From: a virus
Taxonomy: Duplodnaviria; Caudoviricetes
IMG/VR virus record: IMGVR_UViG_3300032295_003128
Coordinates: 8,116-72,115 of that record
Strand: one strand, 5' to 3'
Length of the DNA: 64,000 bases
The position numbers were made by a program, and so were the translations under genes. Positions 29,467 through 39,744 of this stretch are shown here, in pieces (the stretch's first letter is position 1; every line of letters starts with the position of its first letter). The notes beneath the pieces are model-generated. The model made no database searches and was not told the origin of the DNA. It worked only from the letters and a program-made list of their open reading frames with translations.

Positions 29467-31598
29467 AAAATTGAGCCTCCTCCAACGGATTCGGTCTGCT
29501 TAGTAGCGTGTAATAGCAGCCTGCCTAACCTCGCGCGGCCGCGCCATGAAATGCGTAGCGCAAATTCGTGCCCTAAGTTTGCGGGTAATTCAGTCGCTGC
29601 GTTGTCAGCTTCCGGCGGGGTAGGCAGCCGAAATTGAGAAATATACCCCCGGGCGTAATCAGGTACGTTATTGGAAACGCCGTCTGGAACAAACTGCGTT
29701 ACAAAGCACTGTGTAATAGTGTGCCAATGCACCCACTGCGGGCTATCATCGGCGTGCCAATAAATTTTGCACTCGAACGTTTCGTCGGGCCCGCCGCCCA
29801 AATCGTCGAACCAAACGTCGCACCTCAGTAGCTTTTTAACATTATACTCTTCCTTGAAATCAAAGCTTTTCGTGTTCACGAGCGCATTGACGGGCCGAAC
29901 AACGCCTGCGCCATCAATGTCATGCTCTTGGTCTAAGGACACTTCCCACAGTTCATGGAAGTTGTTGTGAAAGCATATGGCAAACATGCGACGAACACCG
30001 CCGACTTCGGCGGCAAACACTTGCAAGGGAGAGATTCCAGTCCACACGCCATCAAACGAAGCTGCTGATTTTTCTCGGTTCCCTGCCGTGTTTCGAAAAT
30101 CCAATACCGCGATTCCGTCGTAGACAATGTTAACCGGCGCGTCCGCGAGCAACTCGGCATTTGCATCTTGAACTGCTTTTGTGCTGCCCGACGCAGTAGG
30201 AACGACCGCGCGAGGCCAACAAGTCATCAACAGACGGTCATCAAAGTAGGCAAAACTTACGCGCTCCAGAAGATACGACGTGTCGTATTTTAAGATCGAG
30301 TCGATTTCTGAGGACATGGGCGTTTGGCCGTAGCCCTCAAAATCAGCGCGCGCGCTCCGGTACGAGCGAATTCCGTTTCCGTCCAAGCTCCGAAAAAACA
30401 GATCCCCGTTTACTGCTTGCACACTCTCGGCCGCCGACCCTACGTTCAAAAATAACACGCGCTGAAAACCTTTGGTTTGCTTCCATTGCATTCGTTCGAG
30501 CGAAACGGTAAAGCTCGCGGCGCCTCGCTCGCAAAACGCGATAAGATCGCCTTGTCCAGTCGCGTCATCTTGGACTGGAACAAACGCCATGGTCTGTACT
30601 TTTCCCATTTCGCCTGGCAACGAAAACGACCCACCTTCGGCTAAAAACGTATGCTCGCTAAAATTCAGCAAATCTTGATCGCTACCTGAATTGAATCTCG
30701 CGACGAAACCGCCAGCCCCAGCGGTTGCAACCGCAGCGGGTATCACAAACGAGTACTCGTCGTTTCTTTGAACGACAACGTATGTTCCGTTGATGTTCGG
30801 GGTGCTGCTGTGTCCGGTGATTGTGACTGAATCGCCCGCCGAAAAACCGTGAGGTGCTTCTGTTGTAACAACGCACGGAAAGTCTACGCTTGTGCTTTTA
30901 ATTGCTACGCTGGACACGCTGCCTCCGTAAATGAGATCCCCCGCCATTATTTCACTGCCGTCGTTGACGGCCACAAAAAGTCGCCCTTGTCCGTACGCCA
31001 TTTGCTTTCCGGACGGAACGCTAGGGGAACCGTAATAGCTCGCCGGTTGACAGCCATAGCCGTCATAGATGATCGGCTCGTTTGCGCCGTCTTGGATGAC
31101 GACAAATTTCTCGGCTTGTACTAAATAAACCGGAACGGTGTTCAGTATCGGAACTGACTGGTTGACCCAAAAACACGAACCCGCTGTTAGATCAATCGCT
31201 AGGACGCGCCCATCGATGACGAGGATAAGCTGCGCCGGTCGCCCCTCGCGGGGGTCATTATAAATTAAACCCCCTTGATAATACCGCCCTGCCCGGACGT
31301 ACGCTTCAAACCGGCTTGCGGAAGTAGAAGTATCTCCCGTTAATCTTGGTCCCGAAACCCCGTCTTGGACCCACTCGTCAAATCCCGGCTGCCCACTAGC
31401 GACTGACGTTGGCGATCGCCAATAAGAAGCTCGGATTTGAGAAAAACCCGGACGCGTTCTAGGGCCGCCGGCGCCCCGAAAAGTGCAATTTTCGGCGTAG
31501 GACGCCGCGCCGTCGGCAATTTGCGACGGATCCCGGCTTCCGTCCATTCCGACGAGACCCCGGAAGCCATCAACCAGTCTTTCCTGGTCGATAATCAT
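29463..31598 (-). CDS. tail nozzle / tail tubular B (P22 gp10/T7 gp12-like)
   Basis: 711 aa, beta-rich; AENCTFRG..PRTRPG N-terminus, YGQGRLFVA, VNGDLFFRS; inserted VTTEAPHGF..GDSVTITG domain. Confidence 0.75.
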   Translation of the reverse strand: MIIDQERLVDGFRGLVGMDGSRDPSQIADGAASYAENCTFRGAGGPRTRPGFSQIRASYWRSPTSVASGQPGFDEWVQDGVSGPRLTGDTSTSASRFEAYVRAGRYYQGGLIYNDPREGRPAQLILVIDGRVLAIDLTAGSCFWVNQSVPILNTVPVYLVQAEKFVVIQDGANEPIIYDGYGCQPASYYGSPSVPSGKQMAYGQGRLFVAVNDGSEIMAGDLIYGGSVSSVAIKSTSVDFPCVVTTEAPHGFSAGDSVTITGHSSTPNINGTYVVVQRNDEYSFVIPAAVATAGAGGFVARFNSGSDQDLLNFSEHTFLAEGGSFSLPGEMGKVQTMAFVPVQDDATGQGDLIAFCERGAASFTVSLERMQWKQTKGFQRVLFLNVGSAAESVQAVNGDLFFRSLDGNGIRSYRSARADFEGYGQTPMSSEIDSILKYDTSYLLERVSFAYFDDRLLMTCWPRAVVPTASGSTKAVQDANAELLADAPVNIVYDGIAVLDFRNTAGNREKSAASFDGVWTGISPLQVFAAEVGGVRRMFAICFHNNFHELWEVSLDQEHDIDGAGVVRPVNALVNTKSFDFKEEYNVKKLLRCDVWFDDLGGGPDETFECKIYWHADDSPQWVHWHTITQCFVTQFVPDGVSNNVPDYARGYISQFRLPTPPEADNAATELPANLGHEFALRISWRGRARLGRLLLHATKQTESVGGGSIL

Positions 31599-31604
31599 CC
31601 GGCG

Positions 31605-31832
31605 TTACTCCTTGGCGAGGGCGGTCATCATCGCCTCGTCGAAACCGGCGTCTTCGGTCGGTTCGGCTTCCGCTTCGGCAGGAGCTTCGCCGACGGGAAG
31701 GCCGTCGATGGCGGTGAGAGTAAGAGTGCCGGCGCCGAGCTGAAGAGTCGCCAAAGCTTCGAATGTCGAACCTTCGGTAACCCCATCAGGCGGAACCATG
31801 CCGTTAGGAACGGGAAATGTGATGGATTTCAT
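31605..31832 (-). CDS. small acidic protein
   Basis: between capsid and nozzle genes. Confidence 0.6.
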   Translation of the reverse strand: MKSITFPVPNGMVPPDGVTEGSTFEALATLQLGAGTLTLTAIDGLPVGEAPAEAEAEPTEDAGFDEAMMTALAKE

Positions 31833-31859
31833 GTGGTTTGCGAGGTTGCCCCCATTCTA

Positions 31860-31880
31860 CCCCGGAGGTTCACTCCGGGG
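31860..31880 (-). other. GC-rich stem-loop downstream of capsid gene
   Basis: CCCCGGAG-N5-CTCCGGGG; no U-tract, so a stabiliser or weak terminator. Confidence 0.5.
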
Positions 31881-31896
31881 CAGTGTTGGGAACAAC

Positions 31897-33201
31897 TTAG
31901 GCCGTAATCGCGGTGTTCGCGCAGTTGACCACGTCAACAGCACGCGGGCAGCGGCGATGACGAATCACGAAGCCGAGTTCAGGGCGCAGGAGCTTGGGAC
32001 CATAGGCATAGAGTGCCCGGAAGTACCCAATATTGCCGTCCGGATTGATCAAGCGGTCCTGGATGTTCCTCCAAGTGAATTCACCCGACCAGGAGTAGGC
32101 CGGATTGTATTTCAGTTGGCCGACGCCCGTGGGCTTCGGGATGAGGATCTTGAGCACGTCCGCGTGGTAAACCACGGTGTCCGTGAACGGCGCGTCTTTG
32201 TACGCCTGAGAAACCTCGTACCCTTTTCCGATCTGCAATCCAGACACGGAATCAGCAAAAGGCTGAATGCGAGTCCATTTACGATCGGTATCGTTGAACG
32301 TGTAGCGCGGCGGAAACTCAACCGTGAAGAACTTGAACCCGCGATACGTACCGGAGAGCCCCGGAGCCGCCATCATCGGGCTGCTGTTGCCAGCGCCCTC
32401 GAAAGCGTAACGGAAGTCGTCACGGACGTTGCTGTCCTCCATCTTCAGATCGTAGAAGCTGAAGCGGTCGCCGACCAAGGCGTAGACCGGCGTCATTTCG
32501 TCAACCCGGGTGTACGGATTGATCGAGCCGCCGAGATAGCCCATTTGTTCGTAAACGAACTCAAGGACATCCCAAGTCAGTTTACCGACTTTGGCCGCAA
32601 CAGTGCCAGTGGGCATCGCGGTTCCGGACGCTGTGCCGTAAGTGGCGGAAGTCGCCAAGGCATCAGACGGACCGGCAAAGAACTGGGAGCGCGTGGCGTT
32701 CACAATTCCGCTATTGGCCGTCTTGTAGACTACCAAATAGTTGCTGACTGCGTTGAGGTACTCGTCCTGGTACGCGTTGGTCCAGACCCAGCGGGTGTTT
32801 TCGGTCAGGATGCGGATGATGTTCCGAACCTGATCTTCCACCTGCCAAGCAAACTGAAGGTCGTCCAAACAGATGTCGGGCGAGTTCAGCGCGGCCTTTT
32901 TGAGGCTCGTCTGGCGCAGGGTGATGCCGAAGCGGTCGAGGGTTTGTCCGGCGTTGTTGAGACACGGACCGCCCGCCACGGCGGTTTCGGTGCTGCTCGT
33001 CCAAGCCTGGAAGGCCACGGGCGTAGAAGGAAGCACCCGCTCATAGATCGGGTAGGCGTACTGAGTGCCCTGCCCGTCGAGCCAAGGCTCTTTAGGCAAG
33101 TGCTTGAGGTAAAAGTCCGAGTTGGTGATGTTCTTCGCAACGTTGTTGCGAATCAAACCAGCATGCTCGTGAAACAATTTCTGAATGTTAGGTGCAGACA
33201 T
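31897..33201 (-). CDS. major capsid protein
   Basis: 434 aa; strong promoter and AAGGAG SD upstream; C-terminal NPDGNIGYFRA...PELGFVIRHRRC; position after scaffold region. Confidence 0.8.
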   Translation of the reverse strand: MSAPNIQKLFHEHAGLIRNNVAKNITNSDFYLKHLPKEPWLDGQGTQYAYPIYERVLPSTPVAFQAWTSSTETAVAGGPCLNNAGQTLDRFGITLRQTSLKKAALNSPDICLDDLQFAWQVEDQVRNIIRILTENTRWVWTNAYQDEYLNAVSNYLVVYKTANSGIVNATRSQFFAGPSDALATSATYGTASGTAMPTGTVAAKVGKLTWDVLEFVYEQMGYLGGSINPYTRVDEMTPVYALVGDRFSFYDLKMEDSNVRDDFRYAFEGAGNSSPMMAAPGLSGTYRGFKFFTVEFPPRYTFNDTDRKWTRIQPFADSVSGLQIGKGYEVSQAYKDAPFTDTVVYHADVLKILIPKPTGVGQLKYNPAYSWSGEFTWRNIQDRLINPDGNIGYFRALYAYGPKLLRPELGFVIRHRRCPRAVDVVNCANTAITA

Positions 33202-33377
33202 AAGCCTGTTTTTCTCCTTTCAAGAGAGGTTTTGTGGTTATGAACCTAGTGATGTCCAAAACCGCCATTGCGGAGCCAGACGCTAGATCCAAGGTTTTCT
33301 TTACCCTCTGCGGAAAGGGCCTATACACGCAGTTGTTTTTTCGAGCCGAGTATTACCGCTACTCGTAAGCGTGAGAT

Positions 33378-33406
33378 AAATTATACGCAGCCGGAAAGCG
33401 TGTCAA
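33378..33406 (-). promoter_or_regulatory. sigma70-type promoter for capsid gene
   Basis: TTGACA (33406-33401), 15 nt, TATAAT (33385-33380); a 17-nt spacer gives TAATTT. Confidence 0.7.
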
Positions 33407-33459
33407 ATGGCGCTCAATCACGGTGTCGCAAAAAGCATGAAGATAGCGTTTTACAATAT

Positions 33460-33921
33460 TCATTGCGGTCGTAGAAGTAATGCCGCTTCCTGTGATGCTG
33501 CCTCATAAGTAACGGGTGGGGCAGGCCAATCGTTGCGTGGTGTCGGATTAACAGACGCAGCGAGTAAAATGCCTTCAAGCCATCCTTTCATAGCTGACAT
33601 CGCGGGGCCTAGTGCTTGACCACTAGTGATGAGGGCCATTTCTAACCTCTGCAAGCCGACAACCTGAAGGGTTGTGAGAAAACGTGAAACCCACTGCTCT
33701 GCTGTATAAGTTGTTGGAGCCGGGTTGCTTTCGACGACTATTGCTTTAGCGGAGAACTCATTGCGAACGTACTCTACTAGCTGACCCCCGGACGGTAAAA
33801 GTTCATCAGTGTAATCAGAAACTATACCGTTATGAATTAAGAGGCGAACTGGGGCGATATCTTTGTTGTCTCCAACGAAATCTCCTAGCAGGCGCAGTGT
33901 GTCAGTATCGGTAATAATCAT
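33460..33921 (-). CDS. fibre-associated hypothetical protein (possible chaperone)
   Basis: ATGA overlap with upstream fibre gene; start MIITDTD. Confidence 0.55.
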   Translation of the reverse strand: MIITDTDTLRLLGDFVGDNKDIAPVRLLIHNGIVSDYTDELLPSGGQLVEYVRNEFSAKAIVVESNPAPTTYTAEQWVSRFLTTLQVVGLQRLEMALITSGQALGPAMSAMKGWLEGILLAASVNPTPRNDWPAPPVTYEAASQEAALLLRPQ

Positions 33922-35432
33922 GTCAGTTTGAAGATGAAGTTGTTGACGAAACCGCCGTTGCCGCCGCTGTAAGCGGCGAACCAAATTTCTATGCGCTCTC
34001 GTGCAGTTTGCCCTCCCCAAGCGGCTGCGGTCGCGGTTGAGGAGACCGTGAGTACTGAGTTAGAGCTTGAGCTTGGGATCTGGAAGCTATTTAGGGTTCC
34101 ACCGAACGGAGTGACTGCATTAGTCGCAATATTTCTTCTACGAAGATGGACCCGAATGCCGTCAAATGTAATCCCGCCAGTCTCCACGAACAAGGTCAGG
34201 GTAAAGGTCGAGGGAAGGCTCAACCAAAGAGGGTCCATCTCGAAAAACTCATCCGGCAAAATAAAGTACCCGCGAGCGTTGAGTTGTGCGTTTGTCAGAG
34301 AACCAAGATTAGACGTGTCCCCGGTAAAGCCTGAGTTAGTAAAAGAAGCAAATCTACGTATGTAAATCGTGTTAGTTTTCGGCACTGAAAACACCGCGTC
34401 TAGTTTTTGCTTGTCTGTTGACGCCATAAAGCCCCCAGAAGACACGGTGGCGCTAGGATGAGTATGCGCGGTGGGCGCAGCATCAAGGGCCGTGCGTATA
34501 GCTGCGGGGGCGGTAAAAGCCAATGGGCCATAAACAGTAGTGTTACCACTTCCGTCATCCGCAATTCCTGTGCCGTTGATATTGATCTCGTTGAAAGCCG
34601 CATACGGGGCCCACAGATCGGACTGCTGCTCCGGTAGGCTGGGAGACGCGGAGGGGACGACGGATACTTTCTGAAAATCCACCACTGCGCCAAGCGACGC
34701 TTTTTGATTGAGAGCGGCCTGCAAGTCCCTCACTTCGCTGATCGCCACACTGCCAAGCTCCCACATCCCCGTATTATTCGAGAGCGTGACCGTGACAGTG
34801 TTGCTGCTAGGAAAGTTTGCTGCTGGGTAAGCGACAAGCTCTTGGTCTGTGAAAGCAGTTAAATTGATGAAGTTGCGTCTAACCAAGCGGTATGGGCGTC
34901 GCGTTCCTCCGCTAGCAGAGACGGCTAGCACACGACGGAGGGTAGTCTTGCCATAAGTAGTATTATTGAGGTTATTCCCTACAATAATTGTTAGCTGTGC
35001 TGTCGCGTTACTCCCGTTGAGCATTAGCTGGAAAAACCGCGTAGTGGCGTTGTTTAAGGGAGTAATATCATCCAAAAAGAGTTCATTCGTAGACTGCGGA
35101 ATCGTGACGCTCTCTTGGACAGTAAGGGTCGGTCGAACGTCGAGCTGGGTCTGCAAGCCCGTTACTTCGCTTATCTGGTGCGTGTGGGCTGGGAGTGTCC
35201 CCGAAGAACCCGTTCCTTTCTCAACGAAGTTCGCGTTTTCGACGCCGTCTTTGAACCAATACTCCACTATAGAGCTGCCGCTCTTGATGCCGACGGTCAA
35301 CCCCTGATAACGGAAGCCGGACGTGAGGTCAGCAAGGGCGAGCGCGACGGTATCGTAAGGCCCGTATTTGGCGTCCAGAGCGGTTGGCGATCCAATCAGA
35401 ACGCCTGTTGCGAGTGTGATTCCAGATGGCAT
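33918..35432 (-). CDS. fibre-like structural protein
   Basis: LDAKYGPY...RYQGLTV N-terminus; HTHQISEVTGLQTQLD, HTHPSAT and GFMASTDKQKLD fibre motifs. Confidence 0.7.
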   Translation of the reverse strand: MPSGITLATGVLIGSPTALDAKYGPYDTVALALADLTSGFRYQGLTVGIKSGSSIVEYWFKDGVENANFVEKGTGSSGTLPAHTHQISEVTGLQTQLDVRPTLTVQESVTIPQSTNELFLDDITPLNNATTRFFQLMLNGSNATAQLTIIVGNNLNNTTYGKTTLRRVLAVSASGGTRRPYRLVRRNFINLTAFTDQELVAYPAANFPSSNTVTVTLSNNTGMWELGSVAISEVRDLQAALNQKASLGAVVDFQKVSVVPSASPSLPEQQSDLWAPYAAFNEININGTGIADDGSGNTTVYGPLAFTAPAAIRTALDAAPTAHTHPSATVSSGGFMASTDKQKLDAVFSVPKTNTIYIRRFASFTNSGFTGDTSNLGSLTNAQLNARGYFILPDEFFEMDPLWLSLPSTFTLTLFVETGGITFDGIRVHLRRRNIATNAVTPFGGTLNSFQIPSSSSNSVLTVSSTATAAAWGGQTARERIEIWFAAYSGGNGGFVNNFIFKLT

Positions 35433-36979
35433 TAGAGCGTGTTCCTCAGTTCTAAAGTTGTGGCCGAGTCAGTCAGCGGATTTTTGCTTACGTGAACCTT
35501 AAAATTGCGCGTCCAACGCGGCGATGTTGACGCTTGAGCAACGCTGTTTTGAGTCTCTTCAGTCTTAAATGGCCCGGTAATCGGACCGCTGTTAAGGGCC
35601 GACACGAAAAAAGCAGTCTTGCTAGTTAGGTCAGAGTCGTGCGCTACGCCTACAAACTGGTTGCTCACGTTGTAGGGGACAGACAGGGTGCCGTCAGCAC
35701 TCGCTACCACCTTCGCAATAGTTGCGGAAGCATGAATGTTTGTAGCTGCTCCAGAGGTGCCGTTACCAAGAGCCGTGATCGCAGCACCAAACTGGGCCGC
35801 AGTAAACGTCACAGGAGACTTGATGTAATACCAAGGGTAGACGCCCGTGAACGCCGCAGTGCTGGCTGACACCGATCCGGCAGCACGGCTGACAGCTAGC
35901 GCAGTGCTAGCATTATTCTTGTTATCAAAATATGCACCAGTGCCTGCGTCATGAGCAATTGACACGCTCCATTGGTTTGATCCAAGAACTACTGCTATAG
36001 ATCCGAGCGAAGGGTTGGAAGTCGAAGCAATGCCGGTGCCCGTGTACGTAAAAGTAGACGCTGCGCCTACAAGTTCGGGTCCCTGAGTACCATTGCCGTT
36101 GGTGATGCGGCCTCGATCGAAGGTGGCAGTTAGCGTTCTATCAGCCGAGCTGCCGACTTCTTGCACTCCGGTTGTTCCAGAAACCGACAAGGAGGCGGAC
36201 TTGAGGGTAGATATAGAGGGTGGGACGGTCGGGAAAAGAATGGTGTCGAGAGCCGCTACAATAGTGCGGGTTTTCCAAGTGCTAGCTGGTTCGGCCACGG
36301 CTCCACCGACAGGGGTGCTCACAACAGAATTTCCAACCGCGCTAGCGTATAAAGAATTCGCGGCATCTGTTCCAGCGGGTCCTGCGGCTCCAGTAGCTCC
36401 AGTGTCACCTTTAACGCCCTGCGGCCCTTGCGGCCCAGTAGCTCCGGGGAGCCCTTGCGCTCCAGTGTCACCTTTAACGCCTTGCGGCCCTTGAGGCCCT
36501 GTAGCTCCTGCGGCTCCAGTAGCTCCTGCGGCTCCAGTAGCTCCTGCGGCTCCAGTAGCTCCTGCGGCTCCAGTAGCTCCTGCGTCACCTTTAACGCCCT
36601 GCGGCCCAGTAGCCCCTGGAAGCCCTTGAGGCCCTTGCGCTCCAGTGTCACCTTTAACGCCTTGCGGTCCTTGCGGCCCGGCAGGGCCTTGCGGTCCTTG
36701 AGGCCCAGCAGGGCCTTGCGGTCCTTGCGGCCCTCCGGCAGGGCCTTGCGGCCCAGCGGGACCTGTGGCGCCGATTTCTCCTCTAAGACCTTGCGGCCCT
36801 TGAGGCCCAGTTGCCCCTTGAGGCCCAGTAGCTCCAGCGTCACCTTTAATACCCTGCGCCCCTTGAGGCCCAGTTGCCCCTTGAGGCCCTTGAGGCCCAG
36901 TTGCCCCTTGAGGCCCTACCCCTTCGATGACTTCGACAACTTCTTTCGGAGCCTCGATGATCTCGATTACCTCGGCCAT
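35432..36979 (-). CDS. collagen-like fibre protein
   Basis: ~60 Gly-X-Y triplets followed by beta-rich C-terminal domain; start MAEVIE. Confidence 0.85.
   Translation of the reverse strand: MAEVIEIIEAPKEVVEVIEGVGPQGATGPQGPQGATGPQGAQGIKGDAGATGPQGATGPQGPQGLRGEIGATGPAGPQGPAGGPQGPQGPAGPQGPQGPAGPQGPQGVKGDTGAQGPQGLPGATGPQGVKGDAGATGAAGATGAAGATGAAGATGAAGATGPQGPQGVKGDTGAQGLPGATGPQGPQGVKGDTGATGAAGPAGTDAANSLYASAVGNSVVSTPVGGAVAEPASTWKTRTIVAALDTILFPTVPPSISTLKSASLSVSGTTGVQEVGSSADRTLTATFDRGRITNGNGTQGPELVGAASTFTYTGTGIASTSNPSLGSIAVVLGSNQWSVSIAHDAGTGAYFDNKNNASTALAVSRAAGSVSASTAAFTGVYPWYYIKSPVTFTAAQFGAAITALGNGTSGAATNIHASATIAKVVASADGTLSVPYNVSNQFVGVAHDSDLTSKTAFFVSALNSGPITGPFKTEETQNSVAQASTSPRWTRNFKVHVSKNPLTDSATTLELRNTL
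36371..36916 (-). repeat. collagen Gly-X-Y repeat region, including a perfect 18-nt tandem repeat (36501-36584)
   Basis: GTAGCTCCTGCGGCTCCA x4 plus a partial copy; many GPQG codon repeats. Confidence 0.95.
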
Positions 36980-37314
36980 TAGCGCGTAACCTCCGGAGTG
37001 CAAACCGCCACGCCTTCGATTAAGCGCGTGACTTCGCTGTTTAAGACAAGCTCTAGGTCATAGACGTATCGGCCCGCAGGAAGGGCCTGCGTTTGTGCCT
37101 CGGTAAGCGACACCTTAATTGTCCCAAGCGCCCCTCCCAGAGCGATTCCCGACGTGTGCGTTAATGAAATAGCTGCGGTCGGAGCGTCGTAGCTGGTCCG
37201 GAGCTGCATACGCGCAGCCGCCCCCGTCAAGCTTACCGGGACGCCGCCGCGCTTGTAGACAAGATCCAACGACCAAGTCGTGCCTTGCGGAATTGTGATG
37301 TCGTGGGAGACCAT
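36979..37314 (-). CDS. beta-sandwich fibre-attachment protein
   Basis: I.QGTTW...[12 protein letters not shown]...YVYDLEL...RLIEG...PEVTR pattern commonly found before collagen fibres. Confidence 0.65.
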   Translation of the reverse strand: MVSHDITIPQGTTWSLDLVYKRGGVPVSLTGAAARMQLRTSYDAPTAAISLTHTSGIALGGALGTIKVSLTEAQTQALPAGRYVYDLELVLNSEVTRLIEGVAVCTPEVTR

Positions 37315-37328
37315 CCGCTAATATACAC

Positions 37329-38543
37329 CTACGCGCCCATGCCCGCCTTCACCGCGTCGAGAAAGTCCTCGTAGTCGGCTCCGCCTTCAGGAGAAACCGC
37401 AGGAGACGTTCCGCCGCCCGCGCCGGGGGTCGTTGCTGTGTATTTCTCTAAGGCAGACGACACCTCTTGATATTTCTCAAAAAGATTCGTGAGCTGCGTG
37501 TAGAGAAACGGCGCCGCTGCCGCCCGAAGCGCAAAGTCGGCGCGTTGCGGGATTTCAAGGCGATCAATATCGACGGATCGCGCAGTCTGCACGACGTTGT
37601 CGATCGCTCCGTTCCACGCGTCATCCCCTTCCCGCTTGCGGAAAAGAGGAACGTTGTCCTCGACCGATTTCCACACTGCGTCGATTGACGCGTTGTAGGT
37701 ACGGCCCATTTCCTCTTGGGCCTTGGCGGCTTGCGCCTGACGATGCTCTTCGAGCTTCTGGTTGGCGAGCTTGGCGTTGCCGGCGATCCGAGTGCGGATC
37801 CCTTGAACTTTTCGAAATTCCTCGGCCAGCTCGTACAAACGGAAGCGGTCGAGGTCGTTCATCCCCGACGCAATGTCCACCAGCAACTCGGTCTGGCGCT
37901 CAGAGTCCGATTCGGCAAAAGCTGTGCGAAGATCCGCTTCGCGGACTTCGTACTTCTTCGCTGTTGCGGAGATTATGCCGTCGATTCGCCGCAACGGCTC
38001 GACTACGGCCTCTTTGTATTCCTGGGTGGCTTCGACGCGAGCAATTTCCAGTTCACGTTCCTGCGCGTCAATGCGATCCCGCATTGCCTTCAGTTCGGTC
38101 GGATCGGCCTCCCGGGGCTTGGATTCCAACGCAGCAAGCTTGGCTTCAAGCTCTTGGCGACGCGTCCGCTCTTCTTTCAGGGCGCGGCGTTGCTCCGCCC
38201 ACTTGGTTTTAGCTCCAGGCGTAGGCGCAATGTCGTCGCCCGGAGGTTCTCCTAGATCGTCGTCTTTCGGAGTCGAAGCGGCCGGCTCGTCTTTCTTACC
38301 TTTGAGCGCGGCGACCAACGAATCAGCCGAAGGCCCCTTAATCTCTGGAGCCTTAGCAGCCTCGGCCGTCGGAGCCGGGGGCGTTGATGCCGGTGCGGCA
38401 GGAGTATCCGCTGCGGTTTCGGTCGCGGGGCTTTCGAAGGCTTCGCGCATAGCGCGAGCTGCATCGAAACTGAGTGAACCGCCAGCCTCTTCAGGCGACG
38501 GAGTGTTGTCGGCCGGAGCCGGAGCAGTGGTTTGGTTGTCCAT
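37329..38543 (-). CDS. capsid scaffolding protein
   Basis: acidic Pro/Ala-rich N-terminus, long coiled coils, position between portal and capsid. Confidence 0.65.
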   Translation of the reverse strand: MDNQTTAPAPADNTPSPEEAGGSLSFDAARAMREAFESPATETAADTPAAPASTPPAPTAEAAKAPEIKGPSADSLVAALKGKKDEPAASTPKDDDLGEPPGDDIAPTPGAKTKWAEQRRALKEERTRRQELEAKLAALESKPREADPTELKAMRDRIDAQERELEIARVEATQEYKEAVVEPLRRIDGIISATAKKYEVREADLRTAFAESDSERQTELLVDIASGMNDLDRFRLYELAEEFRKVQGIRTRIAGNAKLANQKLEEHRQAQAAKAQEEMGRTYNASIDAVWKSVEDNVPLFRKREGDDAWNGAIDNVVQTARSVDIDRLEIPQRADFALRAAAAPFLYTQLTNLFEKYQEVSSALEKYTATTPGAGGGTSPAVSPEGGADYEDFLDAVKAGMGA

Positions 38544-38547
38544 AAAA

Positions 38548-38829
38548 TTATTCTTCAACGAGTGACGGCATCAGATCTCGGGCCGACGGGGCTAGTCGGG
38601 CGGGCATCGCGAGTCGCTCAAGCGAGCGAAGCGCATGGAAATAGCCTTCGCGCCGAGCGTTCTGCATGGCGTTCCATTCCATAAAATTCAATCCAGGAGG
38701 AGTGGGCATCTCAAGCGGCTCGCCCAATTCCTTGAGGACGTCGATAGCCCGTTGAACGTGCGGTTCTTGTAAAGTCTGCGCCAGCGCAGGGCGGAACAGA
38801 TCGTTTTTGCGGTATTCTTCGGCAGTCAT
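38548..38829 (-). CDS. hypothetical protein (portal/scaffold-associated)
   Basis: ATGA overlap with endolysin; start MTAEEY. Confidence 0.6.
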   Translation of the reverse strand: MTAEEYRKNDLFRPALAQTLQEPHVQRAIDVLKELGEPLEMPTPPGLNFMEWNAMQNARREGYFHALRSLERLAMPARLAPSARDLMPSLVEE

Positions 38830-39407
38830 TGAGTGGCTTGAAAGTGCATGGCATCCCGGGACCAGAACGCTCCGGCGGAAAGCCAACCCTCGCGGGCAAA
38901 GATTTCCATTACGTCGAAAGGCATCCGCGACTTGGTCGGCCAATGGGTAAGGTTTCCGTTTCGATTGGCATCGAGGTCTACAGCAGCGGCACGGGCATGA
39001 AGGCTCGGCAAGCTGCCGCCGCGCATCGAGCGGTTAGCGAAAGCTCCGAAAAATCGATTTACTCCCGCTTCCGTCCGGGCTTCGTCGGTCTTGTAGCGCT
39101 CCCCTAGAGCCTTGAGGATTCGCTCAAAGCTCGGCGCGAGCTTTTCGTGAACGGCAATCGTCTTCACAGTCGAGGGGCCGTTGTACAAAAACATCTTGTA
39201 CGGCACCGGAACCGGCTCCAGCGGAACGTGTCCGGGACGCCCGTAAAAGTTGGTCAGCGCCGCTTGCGTAGTCTTAGGCCAAGGCTTTGACGCCGGCATC
39301 AGCCCGCGAAGATGTCGCTGGGCGGCTGCGACGGACTGGGGTCCCCAAAAGCCGTCAGGCTCAGTCCCGACGGTTTCCTGGATAATCTTGATCTGCGTTT
39401 GGTTCAC
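38826..39407 (-). CDS. endolysin, M15-family peptidase with N-terminal peptidoglycan-binding motif
   Basis: DGFWGPQS; SLHARAAAVD (SxHxxxxAxD); DAMHFQ. Confidence 0.85.
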   Translation of the reverse strand: MNQTQIKIIQETVGTEPDGFWGPQSVAAAQRHLRGLMPASKPWPKTTQAALTNFYGRPGHVPLEPVPVPYKMFLYNGPSTVKTIAVHEKLAPSFERILKALGERYKTDEARTEAGVNRFFGAFANRSMRGGSLPSLHARAAAVDLDANRNGNLTHWPTKSRMPFDVMEIFAREGWLSAGAFWSRDAMHFQATQ

Positions 39408-39550
39408 CGGGTCGGCTTGACTACGCTTTTTCCGGTCGGCTCTACCGACACAGTCACTCGCTGGTTAAGGAAGTCGTAACCAAACCCAATCTTCGGGGTC
39501 ACACATCCCGCGAGCAGGACCCCGCAAACGAGGATAAAAGCCCGTTTCAC
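39404..39550 (-). CDS. 48-aa lipoprotein, putative spanin (not in ORF track)
   Basis: MKRAFILVCGVLLAGC lipobox; GTGA overlaps with both neighbours. Confidence 0.65.
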   Translation of the reverse strand: MKRAFILVCGVLLAGCVTPKIGFGYDFLNQRVTVSVEPTGKSVVKPTR

Positions 39551-39723
39551 TTGCGCGAAAACTTGGCGATCACGTTGACGATCGCGCGCAGGGTTTTCTC
39601 CGGCTGCTCGCCTGGGATAAACTCAAAGACGGCAATCAGACCGACCATAACGGTGGTCAGGGCGCCAATGATTTCGAGCCAGTTCAGTCCGGAGACAAGA
39701 GTAAGGATTTCAGTGAGATTCAT
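39547..39723 (-). CDS. 58-aa putative holin (not in ORF track)
   Basis: MNLTEILTLVSGLNWLEIIGALTTVMVGLIAVFEFIPGEQPEKTLRAIVNVIAKFSRK: TM helix plus basic tail in the lysis cassette. Confidence 0.6.
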   Translation of the reverse strand: MNLTEILTLVSGLNWLEIIGALTTVMVGLIAVFEFIPGEQPEKTLRAIVNVIAKFSRK

Positions 39724-39744
39724 ACATTTGCGGTGTGCAGGTTA

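Noticed and set aside
31835-31848. Additional motif copy CAACC-N6-ACC before the 31832 gene
   Set aside because: One mismatch and a longer spacer; not counted among the 13 exact copies
31798-33243. 481-aa + strand ORF
   Set aside because: Antisense shadow of the capsid gene in GC-rich DNA; no recognisable motifs
36371-36916. CRISPR-like or non-coding repeat array
   Set aside because: Repeats are in-frame collagen codons with no unique spacers; no CRISPR array or cas operon seen anywhere in the window
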